64,000 bases of DNA from Roseibacillus sp. (lineage in GTDB: Bacteria; Verrucomicrobiota; Verrucomicrobiia; Verrucomicrobiales; Akkermansiaceae): positions 448,001 through 512,000 of the forward strand of contig JBPOGI010000002.1 of NCBI GenBank assembly GCA_051251855.1. The letters are read 5' to 3'. A program made the translations under genes and the position numbers. Positions 18,565-28,140 of the stretch are shown in pieces. The notes below the pieces were generated by a model that saw nothing but the letters and a program-made list of their open reading frames with translations, searched no databases and had not been told where the DNA came from. Position 1 is the first letter of the stretch, and each line of letters starts with the position of its first letter.

Positions 18565-19461
18565 ATGAGCAGAAATCATAAAATTGCGGGAATCGGAGAA
18601 ATTCTGTGGGACTTGTTTCCTGACGGCCGACGTCTTGGAGGGGCTCCGGTCAATTTTGCCGCGCACTGTCATCAGCTGGGTTGCGAAGCCTATCCGGTGA
18701 GTATGGTGGGACCTGACCTCGTGGGGCTGCGGACTCGGGACCGGCTTGCAGAGCTCAAGATGAGCGACCGCTTTATTCAGGAAAGCTCGGATCTCCCCAC
18801 GGGCCGAGTGTTGGTGACTGTTGATGGCGCGGGTAAGCCCACTTATACCATTCTTGAGAACGTGGCATGGGACGGTTTGGTCTTTTCTCCAGAGTTGGGT
18901 GAGCTGGCAGCGTCTTTGGATGCAGCTTGCTTCGGGGTTCTGGCGCAGCGTTCCCCGATAACGCGAAAGACAATTGGGCAGTTTCTCTCCGCCATGCCTC
19001 AGGAGTCGATCCGGATTTGCGATGTCAATTTGCGGGAGCCGTTTTTCTCGAAAGAAATCGTCGAAGGCTCATTGAAGCAGGCGAGTATTCTGAAGCTGAG
19101 CGACGAAGAGCTTCCCGTTCTCGCCGACTACTTTCAATTGGAAGGAAGCGTGGTCGAGCAACTCAAGGCGCTGCACCAACAGTTCGCTCTCACTCATGTC
19201 GCCTATACCCGCGGGGGTGAGGGGAGTCTGATTATTTCCGCTGATGAGGTGAACGAGTGCGCGGGGATTCCGGTCAAGCCCGTCGATACCGTGGGGGCAG
19301 GGGACTCTTTCACGGCAGCCCTTGCTTGCGGCCTCTTGAGGCAATGGCCGCTCGAGAGAGTGAACTCTTTTGCCAACCGGGTGGCCTCCTTTGTCTGCTC
19401 GCAGAAAGGCGCGACCCCGAATCTTCCCGCCGAACTCCTCGATGAGATGAACCAAGACTGA
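18565..19461 (+). CDS. PfkB-family carbohydrate kinase (fructokinase-like)
   Basis: GIGEILWD, GGAPVN, DVNLR, DTVGAGDSF motifs. Confidence 0.92.
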   Translation: MSRNHKIAGIGEILWDLFPDGRRLGGAPVNFAAHCHQLGCEAYPVSMVGPDLVGLRTRDRLAELKMSDRFIQESSDLPTGRVLVTVDGAGKPTYTILENVAWDGLVFSPELGELAASLDAACFGVLAQRSPITRKTIGQFLSAMPQESIRICDVNLREPFFSKEIVEGSLKQASILKLSDEELPVLADYFQLEGSVVEQLKALHQQFALTHVAYTRGGEGSLIISADEVNECAGIPVKPVDTVGAGDSFTAALACGLLRQWPLERVNSFANRVASFVCSQKGATPNLPAELLDEMNQD

Positions 19462-19512
19462 ACCTTTTTCCCAAGTAACAAAAACTAACCTAAGCAACCA
19501 AACGATAGAACA

Positions 19513-20457
19513 ATGAAAAAACACATATCCACCCTCCTAGCCGTCTTTGCCGCATTTGCGATGACCGCCTGTGATCGAAACAAAGATGGCGAAGGCCAGA
19601 TTAAGATCGGGATGACCGTTCAGGATCTGAGCAATCCCACCTGGTCCGGCTATTGCCAGACCATTCAAAAGAAGGCTGAAGCCAATGGCGCTAAGATGAA
19701 CTATGTGGCCTGCGAGAGCAATGTCTCCAAGCAGATTATGCAGATCGAGAACTTTGTTTCACGTGGTATGGACGTGATCATTGTTCATCCGGCTGACCCG
19801 GCGGGAATCGAATCCGCTTGTCGTGAGGCCATGGCCGCAGGGGTGAAAATCATCTCGTGGGATGATGATATCAAGAACGCCGACGTCCGCTGGTTGATTG
19901 ATAACAAGGCGCTGGGGTCTGAAGTGGGTAAAGAGGCTTCGGCCTTTATCAACGAAAAGCATGGCGGCGAGGCTGAAGTGGCGATTCTCAATTACCCGCA
20001 GCTTCCCGTCCTTTTGGCGCGAGGCAACGGAATTCGCGAGGCGATTACCGAACTGGCGCCGAACGCGAAAATCGTCGCCGAGACGAGCGCCATCAATCCT
20101 CAAGAGGGTATCAGCAAGATGGAAACGATTTTTCAATCCAACCCCAATGTGAAGGTCATTTGCTGCATCGGCGGCGGTGGTTCGGTTGGCGCTAACGAAG
20201 CAGCCAAGGCGGCTGGCAAATTGGGTGACGACTTCGGAATCTTCGCGGTCGACGCCACTGAACCTGAGCTGGCGGCCATTAAGAATAACGAGGGAGTTCG
20301 CATGAGCGTGATTGTGACGGGAACCAATGACGATGTTGCCAATGAGGTTTACGGCTTTGTTGAGAAGCTCGCTGCAGGCGAAGAGTTGCCTGCCAAAATC
20401 TACCGCGATGTCATCCCTGTCACCGCTGAAAACGTGGACCAATATTTCCAAAAGTAG
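19513..20457 (+). CDS. Sugar ABC transporter substrate-binding lipoprotein (RbsB-like)
   Basis: Lipobox MTAC; QDLSNPTW; periplasmic binding protein type I features. Confidence 0.9.
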   Translation: MKKHISTLLAVFAAFAMTACDRNKDGEGQIKIGMTVQDLSNPTWSGYCQTIQKKAEANGAKMNYVACESNVSKQIMQIENFVSRGMDVIIVHPADPAGIESACREAMAAGVKIISWDDDIKNADVRWLIDNKALGSEVGKEASAFINEKHGGEAEVAILNYPQLPVLLARGNGIREAITELAPNAKIVAETSAINPQEGISKMETIFQSNPNVKVICCIGGGGSVGANEAAKAAGKLGDDFGIFAVDATEPELAAIKNNEGVRMSVIVTGTNDDVANEVYGFVEKLAAGEELPAKIYRDVIPVTAENVDQYFQK

Positions 20458-20468
20458 AAACCAAGACG

Positions 20469-21944
20469 ATGTTCCTGCAACTGAAAAACATTACCAAGAG
20501 ATATCCCGGAGTTGTCGCTCTGGATGATGTCAGCCTCGATATTATTGAAGGAGAAGTTCATGCCTTGGTCGGTGAAAACGGGGCAGGAAAGTCGACTCTC
20601 ATTAAGACCTGCACTGGAGCGATTTCTCCCGACGAGGGTGTTATCGTGATTCAAGGCCAAGAGTTCACCTCCCTGACCCCCAAGCTCTCCGAGGGCGCGG
20701 GGGTGGGGGTCATCTATCAGGAATTCAACTTGGTGGATGAACTCTCGGTTGCGGAGAATATTTTCCTTGGGCGTGCCCCTCGCAAGGGGCTGGTCATTGA
20801 CCGAAAGAAAATGGAGTCCGAGGCGGCCCAGATTTTTCAGCAGTTTGACATCAAGATCGACCCAGCGGAGTTGGTCGGAAACCTCACCGTGGGCTTTCAG
20901 CAGTTGGTCGAGATTGCGAAGGCTATCTCTCAGAAGGCGAAGATGCTCATCATGGACGAACCCTCGGCACCTTTGACTCAAACGGAAGCGAAAGCGCTAC
21001 ATCTCGTGGTGGAAAAGCTGCGGGATTCGGGCGTGACCATTGTCTACATCTCGCACCGCATGGATGAAATTTTCCGGCTCTCGGATCGCATCACGGTCCT
21101 GAGAGACGGGCAAAAAGTGGAAACGGTGAAGACCGCCGAAACCAACCTCGACGAATTGGTGAAGCTGATGGTGGGGCGTGAGTTGAAGGAGACTTATCCC
21201 GAGCGAAATCACCAGGTCTCCGAGGAGGTGCTTTTGGAGGTGGAGCATGTCTCTGGAACGATTGTCAAAGATGTGAGCCTCAACATCAAAAAGGGGGAAG
21301 TCCTCGGTTTGGCCGGTCTTATTGGTTCGGGACGCACCGAGTTGGCCGAGATTCTCTTCGGCTACAAGAAGAAGTCCGCTGGTCGGGTGACCTTGCAGGG
21401 GCGGGAGGTTGACTCCAAGACTCCCAAGCAAGCCATCGCAGAAGGCATCGCCCTTGTGCCGGAGGACCGGAAGAAATTGGGCGCATTGTTAGAATTCGAT
21501 ATCAAGGAGAACATCAGTGTCTCTGTCCTCGAGCGCATCTCGAAATTCTTTACTGTGAATCGAGGCACCGAAAAGGATGTCGCAGAAGGCTACCGCAAGG
21601 CGATGCGCATTAAGACCCCGAATTTGGAGGAGAAAATCAAGAACCTGAGCGGTGGAAATCAGCAGAAGGTCATCATCGCCAAGTGGCTGGCAACCGAGCC
21701 TACCTTGGTCATTTTCGACGAACCCACCCGAGGCATCGACGTTGGGGCCAAGTCTGAGATTTACGAGTTGGTCAATAGCCTCGTCGAGTCCGGTAAGTCG
21801 GTCCTGATGATTTCCTCCGAGATGGAAGAGGTCATGGGAATGTCCGACCGCATCGTGGTCCTCCACGAAGGGCGCGTAACGGGCGAACTGGCTCGTAAAG
21901 ACTTTTCACAAGAAGCCATCATGGGCTTCGCCTCACATAACTAA
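20469..21944 (+). CDS. Sugar ABC transporter ATP-binding protein (RbsA-like, two NBDs)
   Basis: GENGAGKST, DEPSA, LSGGNQQK, DEPTRGIDVGAK. Confidence 0.95.
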   Translation: MFLQLKNITKRYPGVVALDDVSLDIIEGEVHALVGENGAGKSTLIKTCTGAISPDEGVIVIQGQEFTSLTPKLSEGAGVGVIYQEFNLVDELSVAENIFLGRAPRKGLVIDRKKMESEAAQIFQQFDIKIDPAELVGNLTVGFQQLVEIAKAISQKAKMLIMDEPSAPLTQTEAKALHLVVEKLRDSGVTIVYISHRMDEIFRLSDRITVLRDGQKVETVKTAETNLDELVKLMVGRELKETYPERNHQVSEEVLLEVEHVSGTIVKDVSLNIKKGEVLGLAGLIGSGRTELAEILFGYKKKSAGRVTLQGREVDSKTPKQAIAEGIALVPEDRKKLGALLEFDIKENISVSVLERISKFFTVNRGTEKDVAEGYRKAMRIKTPNLEEKIKNLSGGNQQKVIIAKWLATEPTLVIFDEPTRGIDVGAKSEIYELVNSLVESGKSVLMISSEMEEVMGMSDRIVVLHEGRVTGELARKDFSQEAIMGFASHN

Positions 21945-21966
21945 CCTCAACACAGCAACAAAAACT

Positions 21967-22938
21967 ATGAACAAAATCACAACATTCAAGGGGGCCGGGA
22001 GCGGTTTTTCCGCCTTTGCCAAGCAGTTCGGGATCTGGCTGGTCCTGCTGGTGCTTCTTATCTTTTTCGCCATCGCTTCTGAGAATTTTCTCAATAGCCA
22101 CAACCTCCTCAATGTCGCGCGACAGGTTTCCATGCTGGGAATCGTGGCGGTTGGGTTTGCCTTTGTCCTTTTGTTAGGAGGAATCGACCTCTCGGTGGGG
22201 TCGGTGGTCACGCTGGTGAACATCGTCTGTGCCTGGCTGATGGTGAATGCTGGGTGGCCGCCAGCGGTCGCGGTTGTGGCGGCGCTCGCGCTTTCCGCCG
22301 CGATTGGTTTTATGAATGGTTGGATTATCGCCAATATTCAGATGCCTCCCATCATTGTGACCTTGGCGATGCTCATCATTATTGAAGGAGTCGCTTACCT
22401 CATTTGTGGCGGCCTCCCTATCTACGGTTTCCCTGAGTCCTTTGCGGTCATTGGTCAGGGTTACGTGGGGCCCATTCCGATTCCAGTGATTATCATGGCG
22501 GTTGTGATGGCCTTGGGTGGCTTCATTCTCAGTAAGACTTTCTTTGGGCGCTATTTCTATGCCGTGGGTGGTAACGAGGAGGCGGCTAAGCTCTCTGGTA
22601 TCGATGTCAATCGGGTGAAGTATCTCGTCTACACTTTGTCAGGATTCTTTGCCGGGGTGGCGGGAGTGGTCATTCTTTCTCGCACCAATTCCGGGCAAGT
22701 CCTTTCGGGCAAAGGCTTCGAGTTCGACGTTCTCACTGCTTGCGTGCTGGGTGGCGTCAGTGTCAGCGGGGGATTTGGAAAGATTTCTAACGTTTTGGCG
22801 GGAGTGCTGATTCTCGGGGTTCTGAGCAACGGGCTCGTCTTGCTGGACGTGAGCCAGTTTGTGCAAATGGTGATTAAGGGTGTCGTTTTGTTAGTCGCGG
22901 TTGCTCTCGATAGCCTCCAACACCGCAAAGCTGCTTAA
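21967..22938 (+). CDS. Sugar ABC transporter permease (RbsC-like)
   Basis: GGIDLSVGS, YAVGGNEEAAKLSGI, ACVLGGVS. Confidence 0.95.
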   Translation: MNKITTFKGAGSGFSAFAKQFGIWLVLLVLLIFFAIASENFLNSHNLLNVARQVSMLGIVAVGFAFVLLLGGIDLSVGSVVTLVNIVCAWLMVNAGWPPAVAVVAALALSAAIGFMNGWIIANIQMPPIIVTLAMLIIIEGVAYLICGGLPIYGFPESFAVIGQGYVGPIPIPVIIMAVVMALGGFILSKTFFGRYFYAVGGNEEAAKLSGIDVNRVKYLVYTLSGFFAGVAGVVILSRTNSGQVLSGKGFEFDVLTACVLGGVSVSGGFGKISNVLAGVLILGVLSNGLVLLDVSQFVQMVIKGVVLLVAVALDSLQHRKAA

Positions 22939-22941
22939 ATC

Positions 22942-24492
22942 ATGCCTGCTTTCAAAAAATCAAAATCTAGTGCATCCAAGATGAAAGCTCTGATTCCTCT
23001 CACTCAAAGTAACCTCGTTGAACTCCCCGAGGAGGTTGCTCGGCCGAGTTACGATCGCAGCAAACTCACCGCCGGCATCATGCATATCGGGGTCGGGGGC
23101 TTTCATCGTTCGCACCAAGCCTACTACACTGATCAGCTGCTTGCGGAGCCGGGCAATCAGGAGTGGGGGATTTGCGGAGTCGGTCTGCGCGATGCCGACC
23201 GCAAGATTGGTGATGTGCTGAAGCAACAGGACTATCTCTACACCCTGATCGTGAAGCACCCGGATGGTAGTATTGAGAACCGCGTCATTGGTTCCATCAT
23301 CGACTTCATGCTTGCCAGCGATGACCCCGCGTCGGTGATTGAGCGCATGGCGAGTGAGGAGACCAAGATTGTTTCCCTGACCATCACCGAGGGCGGCTAC
23401 CTTGTGAGGCCCGCTGATGGTGAGTTCGTTGATAGCGAGTTTGATGTCGATCACCCCGACGTTCAGCACGACCTTGCGAACCCCGAAAGTCCGCGCATGG
23501 TCTTTGGCTATTTGGCAGCGGCTTTGCGTAAACGACGTGAGAATGGTCTCCCTGCCTTCACGGTGCAATCATGCGACAACATCCAGCACAATGGCGCGGT
23601 CACCCGCAAAATGTTGTTGGCTTTTGCGCGGGAGCAGGACCCTGAGTTGGCGGCTTGGATCGAGGAGGAGGTGGCGTTCCCGAACGCGATGGTGGACCGC
23701 ATCACCCCGGTCACCACTCCGGCGGATATGAAGTATTTGGTCAGTGAGTTTGGCCTGCAAGACGAGTGGCCGGTCACTTGCGAGCCCTTTTGCCAATGGG
23801 TGATCGAAGATGAATTTTCCAATGGCCGCCCAGCGTGGGAGGCGGTCGGTGCCCAGTTCGTCCCCGACGTCACTCCCTATGAGAAGATGAAGATTCGTCT
23901 TCTCAATGCCGGTCACTCAGTGCTGGGAATTTTGGGTTCTATCGATGGCCATAGCACCATCGACGACTGCCTTGCAGACCCGCTTTTCGCAACCTACCTG
24001 CGGCGCTTCATGGATGTGGAAGTCACTCCAGTTCTCGACTGCGTGGATGGCATCGATTTGGAAGACTACAAAGCTTCTCTCATCGAGCGTTTTGGCAATG
24101 CCAACATCAAGGACAACCTCGCCCGCATTTGTTTGGAGAGCTCATCCAAAATGCCCAAGTTTCTCATTCCGACCATCAACGAGAATCTCGCGAGGGGAGG
24201 AAGCATCGAATACGCCGCTCTCGTGATTGCGGCCTGGTGCTACTACTCCGATAAGCACGCCAGCAAAGATGGGATGGCGCTGGAAGTCGTCGACGAGATG
24301 AAAGCCGAGCTCCGCGCCGCTGCGGTGGGAACCCGCAAAGACAAGCTCTCCTTCCTCAGAGTAGAGGCTGTCTTTGGCAATCTCTCCGAAAACCAAACCT
24401 TCACCGATGAATACGTTCGCATAATCGATTCCCTCTATGAAAACCCTAACATCGCTCGCCTGATGCAGGCCCTCCTCTTCGGGTGGGAATAG
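22942..24492 (+). CDS. Mannitol dehydrogenase family protein (mannitol 2-dehydrogenase-like)
   Basis: HIGVGGFHRSHQA, SLTITEGGY, SCDN, FPNAMVDRITP, YEKMKIRLLNAGH. Confidence 0.92.
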   Translation: MPAFKKSKSSASKMKALIPLTQSNLVELPEEVARPSYDRSKLTAGIMHIGVGGFHRSHQAYYTDQLLAEPGNQEWGICGVGLRDADRKIGDVLKQQDYLYTLIVKHPDGSIENRVIGSIIDFMLASDDPASVIERMASEETKIVSLTITEGGYLVRPADGEFVDSEFDVDHPDVQHDLANPESPRMVFGYLAAALRKRRENGLPAFTVQSCDNIQHNGAVTRKMLLAFAREQDPELAAWIEEEVAFPNAMVDRITPVTTPADMKYLVSEFGLQDEWPVTCEPFCQWVIEDEFSNGRPAWEAVGAQFVPDVTPYEKMKIRLLNAGHSVLGILGSIDGHSTIDDCLADPLFATYLRRFMDVEVTPVLDCVDGIDLEDYKASLIERFGNANIKDNLARICLESSSKMPKFLIPTINENLARGGSIEYAALVIAAWCYYSDKHASKDGMALEVVDEMKAELRAAAVGTRKDKLSFLRVEAVFGNLSENQTFTDEYVRIIDSLYENPNIARLMQALLFGWE

Positions 24493-24575
24493 ACCGTCCA
24501 TTTTAACGGCCTGAACCACAGGCTCTAGCTACCGCTTTACCTAAAAATCTAGAGTAACTCTCACTTAACAACACT

Positions 24576-25865
24576 ATGAAAACCAAAAAAACTAAGAAAC
24601 AAGAACTCGTCCCAGTAGTATTCTTCGCTGCTACGGCACTTACGCTGCAGGGCGACGTGGAGCTGAACGATGCAACCGAACCCATCATTGCAGACCAACC
24701 TACGCCCTTTGTATCGGACCCTGATTCACTCCCTTGGTATGAAAGCGACCGTCTCTTTGGACGAAATCAGAGTATGTTGGACAGCGGAATTTCGCCCTTT
24801 CTTTTTTGGGATTCCATCACTGCTGCTAACGTTTCTGGAGGCCGTGATTCCGCAAGTAACTTCACGGCCCAGACATACGGCGGAGTCGATCTCGACCTCG
24901 GCAAGCTTTTTGGATTTCAGGATACCATCGCAAAGGTCTCCTTTGTTGATCGGACCGGAGGGGGTATTTCAGGAGACGTTGGGGGCATCTTTGATCCGAT
25001 GACTATCAACGGGGGAGCCGACGGTCAAATCACCTGGCTCTATCAGGCTTGGATTGAGAAAACCTTTTCTGAGAACTGGGCGCTCAAGGTTGGACGGACT
25101 TCGATGGACGAGGATTTTGCAGAAAGTGGTCTGAATCGCTACTCACTCAGCACCTCTATCAACGGCCCAATTCGCTCGATGATGTTACAGAATCCTCAGA
25201 TTTATTCCTTTCCCTTAGGTAACTGGGGTGCTCGTCTGAAATACACTCCCAACGACGAACACAAATTCCAATTAGGGGCCTATCAGATCAATGACAATCC
25301 GTTTGGAAACAACCTTGGCGGAGACAACTTTGACATCAATAGCGGTGATGGAGTAACCGTTATGGGACAGTATGATTGGAGCCCACAGGTCTTTGGTCGG
25401 AAGGCTCTTTTCTATGCTGGATTTTCGGCATCCTTCTATGATTTTACCAACTTTGACGGCACGGAAGATGATAGCATGTTCAGCTTCTATGGTCGCGCTG
25501 AAGCGGAAGTTCTCGACGGCCTCAAGCTTTTCGGCTTTGCCTCCTATAATACGCAAGAAGAGTCTGCCATTGTGCCATTGCAAGTCAGCGCTGGAGCCAA
25601 CTGGAAGGGGCTCTTCCCAGGCCGCGAAAATGATCACACGGTCGCCTTCGCCACCTATGGAAAAATCAGTGACGACTACGGCCAGTTCGTGAGCAATACT
25701 GACGTCGATGCTGAGTTGGTCTTTGAGTTAGGTCATCGCTTTCAAATCACTCCCGCAACCTACATTCAGCCGTCCGTGCAATACATCGTGAACCCAGGTG
25801 GTGGCACCAATGGTGATATCGACGATGCCGTGGTGCTAGGCGCATGGGTGGGAGCCTCTTTCTAA
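24576..25865 (+). CDS. Carbohydrate-selective porin (OprB family)
   Basis: Signal peptide, DLDLGKLFG, IQPSVQYIVNPGG, C-terminal Phe. Confidence 0.85.
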   Translation: MKTKKTKKQELVPVVFFAATALTLQGDVELNDATEPIIADQPTPFVSDPDSLPWYESDRLFGRNQSMLDSGISPFLFWDSITAANVSGGRDSASNFTAQTYGGVDLDLGKLFGFQDTIAKVSFVDRTGGGISGDVGGIFDPMTINGGADGQITWLYQAWIEKTFSENWALKVGRTSMDEDFAESGLNRYSLSTSINGPIRSMMLQNPQIYSFPLGNWGARLKYTPNDEHKFQLGAYQINDNPFGNNLGGDNFDINSGDGVTVMGQYDWSPQVFGRKALFYAGFSASFYDFTNFDGTEDDSMFSFYGRAEAEVLDGLKLFGFASYNTQEESAIVPLQVSAGANWKGLFPGRENDHTVAFATYGKISDDYGQFVSNTDVDAELVFELGHRFQITPATYIQPSVQYIVNPGGGTNGDIDDAVVLGAWVGASF

Positions 25866-25884
25866 GAAACGTCACCCCCCCAAC

Positions 25885-25924
25885 CGGCGTCTCCCGTTTC
25901 AGAGCGAGGGGGCGCCGTTTTTTT
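25885..25924 (+). terminator. Rho-independent terminator of the polyol operon
   Basis: CGGCGTCTCC/GGGGGCGCCG stem followed by T7. Confidence 0.75.
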
Positions 25925-26212
25925 CTGATTAGCTTTCTAGGCCGGATTTTTCACGGAACGCGAGAAATCCGCCTGCAGGGCCGACTCTGGCGGGACGCGC
26001 CCTTAATCTTCATCCTCTTGGTCTGAAAATTGGGAGATTTCAGCACTTTCCCATATCAGAGATAGGCTCTGCTGGCGTGTTTTGGTCGCTCTGCGGTGTT
26101 TTCGATGAATCAAACTACTGGAAAACCGCTGAAACGACTCATTGTGGGCTTCATTCCACGCTTGCGGCCTTTGGTTGGGGGGCTTATAGCGCGCGGGTAG
26201 CAAACACACGTT

Positions 26213-27715
26213 ATGGCAGATAAAAAATCGGACATCGGATTGATCGGCTTGGCCGTGATGGGGCAAAACCTCGCCCTCAACATCGCGGACCATGGGTTCC
26301 AAATTTCAGTTTACAACCGCACCACGTCCAAGACGGACGCTTTCGTGGCGGAGAACCCCGACACTCCGGGTGGGGTGGTGGGGACTCAGACTCTTGAAGA
26401 ATTCGTTGAATCTCTCGAGCGCCCTCGCAAAGTCATCATTCTGGTTCAGGCCGGTCGCGCCACTGACGCGGTTATCGATGGCTTGACGGAGCTTCTCGAT
26501 AAGGACGACATCATTATCGACGGCGGTAACGCTCTTTGGACCGACACCATTCGTCGTGAGAAAGACCTCAACGAAAAAGGATTCCGCTTCGTCGGTTCCG
26601 GTGTTTCTGGTGGAGAAGAAGGGGCCCGTTTCGGCCCATCTCTCATGCCCGGCGGCAAGGAGTCTGCCTGGAACGAATTGAAGCCCATTTGGGAAGCAAT
26701 CGCTGCCAAAGTGGATGCCGATACTGGCAAGCCCATCGACGGCGCGACTCCCGGCAAGCCCGTCACAGGCGGTGTCACTTGCACCACTTACATCGGCGAG
26801 AACGGTGCTGGTCACTATGTAAAGATGGTTCACAACGGCATCGAGTATGGCGACATGCAGATGATTTGTGAGGCTTATCAACTCATGGGCAACCTCCTCG
26901 GGATGGAGCCCAAGGCGATGAGCGAGACCTTCGGCACTTGGAACGAGGGCGTCCTTGATTCCTTCCTCATCGAAATCACCACTGACATTCTTCAGCAGAC
27001 TGACCCTGAGACCGGCGCGCCATTCGTCGACATCGTTCTCGATACCGCTGGTCAAAAAGGCACTGGCAAGTGGACCGCCGTCAACGCCCTCGACATGGGC
27101 ATCTCAGCACCTCTCATTGCGGAGGCCGTATTTGCTCGCTGTATTTCTGCAGTGAAAGATGAGCGCGTGGCAGCTTCCGAAGTTCTCGGAGCGAACGTTC
27201 CTGGATTCGAAGGTGATAAAGAAGAGTTCGTGCAAGCGATTCACGACGCTCTCTACTGCTCCAAGATTTGTTCTTACGCCCAAGGCTTCCAGCTCATGCG
27301 TGAGGCGCAGAAGGAGTATGACTGGAACCTCAACTTCGGTGAGATTTCCATGATTTGGCGTGGCGGTTGTATTATCCGTGCCGCCTTCCTTCAGAAAATT
27401 TTCGAAGCCTATCAGCGTGACGAGAACCTCGCCAACCTCCTCCTCGACCCGTTCTTCAAGAGCGAGATTGAGCGTTGCGAGGCCAACTGGCGTAAGGTGG
27501 TTGCAGCAGGTGCCATCCACGGCGTGCCGATTCCAGCCTTCTCATCAGCACTCGCTTACTACGACAGCTACCGCAGCGCGCGTCTTCCCGCGAACTTGTT
27601 GCAGGCTCAGAGGGATTACTTCGGTGCTCACACTTACGAGCGCACTGATAAGCCACGCGGCGAGTTCTTCCACATCGACTGGCCCGAGGCTGACCGTCCT
27701 CAACTCAAGATGTGA
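26213..27715 (+). CDS. gnd: NADP-dependent 6-phosphogluconate dehydrogenase (decarboxylating)
   Basis: [46 protein letters not shown]. Confidence 0.97.
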   Translation: MADKKSDIGLIGLAVMGQNLALNIADHGFQISVYNRTTSKTDAFVAENPDTPGGVVGTQTLEEFVESLERPRKVIILVQAGRATDAVIDGLTELLDKDDIIIDGGNALWTDTIRREKDLNEKGFRFVGSGVSGGEEGARFGPSLMPGGKESAWNELKPIWEAIAAKVDADTGKPIDGATPGKPVTGGVTCTTYIGENGAGHYVKMVHNGIEYGDMQMICEAYQLMGNLLGMEPKAMSETFGTWNEGVLDSFLIEITTDILQQTDPETGAPFVDIVLDTAGQKGTGKWTAVNALDMGISAPLIAEAVFARCISAVKDERVAASEVLGANVPGFEGDKEEFVQAIHDALYCSKICSYAQGFQLMREAQKEYDWNLNFGEISMIWRGGCIIRAAFLQKIFEAYQRDENLANLLLDPFFKSEIERCEANWRKVVAAGAIHGVPIPAFSSALAYYDSYRSARLPANLLQAQRDYFGAHTYERTDKPRGEFFHIDWPEADRPQLKM

Positions 27716-27739
27716 GTCGTTGTTAGAAACTGATTTCTT

Positions 27740-27773
27740 AAAAGGGTCGCTTCGTTTCGAGGCGGCCCTTTTT
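27740..27773 (+). terminator. Rho-independent terminator (A tract upstream, possibly bidirectional)
   Basis: AAAAGGGTCGCTTCG-TTT-CGAGGCGGCCCTTTTT. Confidence 0.85.
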
Positions 27774-27911
27774 GCTTTCTAAATTCATCAGTTCTGGCTC
27801 GATTGTGAGATGGAATTTTTTAACTTTCCTCTCTTGGGTGACTTGTTCGTCCTTCCGCGGCAAAGATATGTGATACAGATCGTCTTTGGAGTGGGGGCCT
27901 TCGCGTCTGCA

Positions 27912-28076
27912 ATGAATTCTGAGAATACCTGGGGGCGTATCACCGGTCTCGCTTTCCTAATTATTATCGGGGTCGTTTTTGGTCTGGCAGGATTGACTGG
28001 GGCGATTGGAGACTTGTTGTTAGGTCTCGTTGCCATCGGTGGCGCGGTTTACGCTTGGTGGTATCATCAGATGTGA
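27912..28076 (+). CDS. Small two-TM membrane protein
   Basis: MNSENTWGRITGLAFLIIIGVVFGLAG...GGAVYAWWYHQM, 54 aa, two hydrophobic segments. Confidence 0.5.
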   Translation: MNSENTWGRITGLAFLIIIGVVFGLAGLTGAIGDLLLGLVAIGGAVYAWWYHQM

Positions 28077-28140
28077 AATGCGAAGGTCGCTCCCCGAAAC
28101 CCTTTCGATAGCAGGGAGAAGATTCTCGTCTCAAAAAGAG

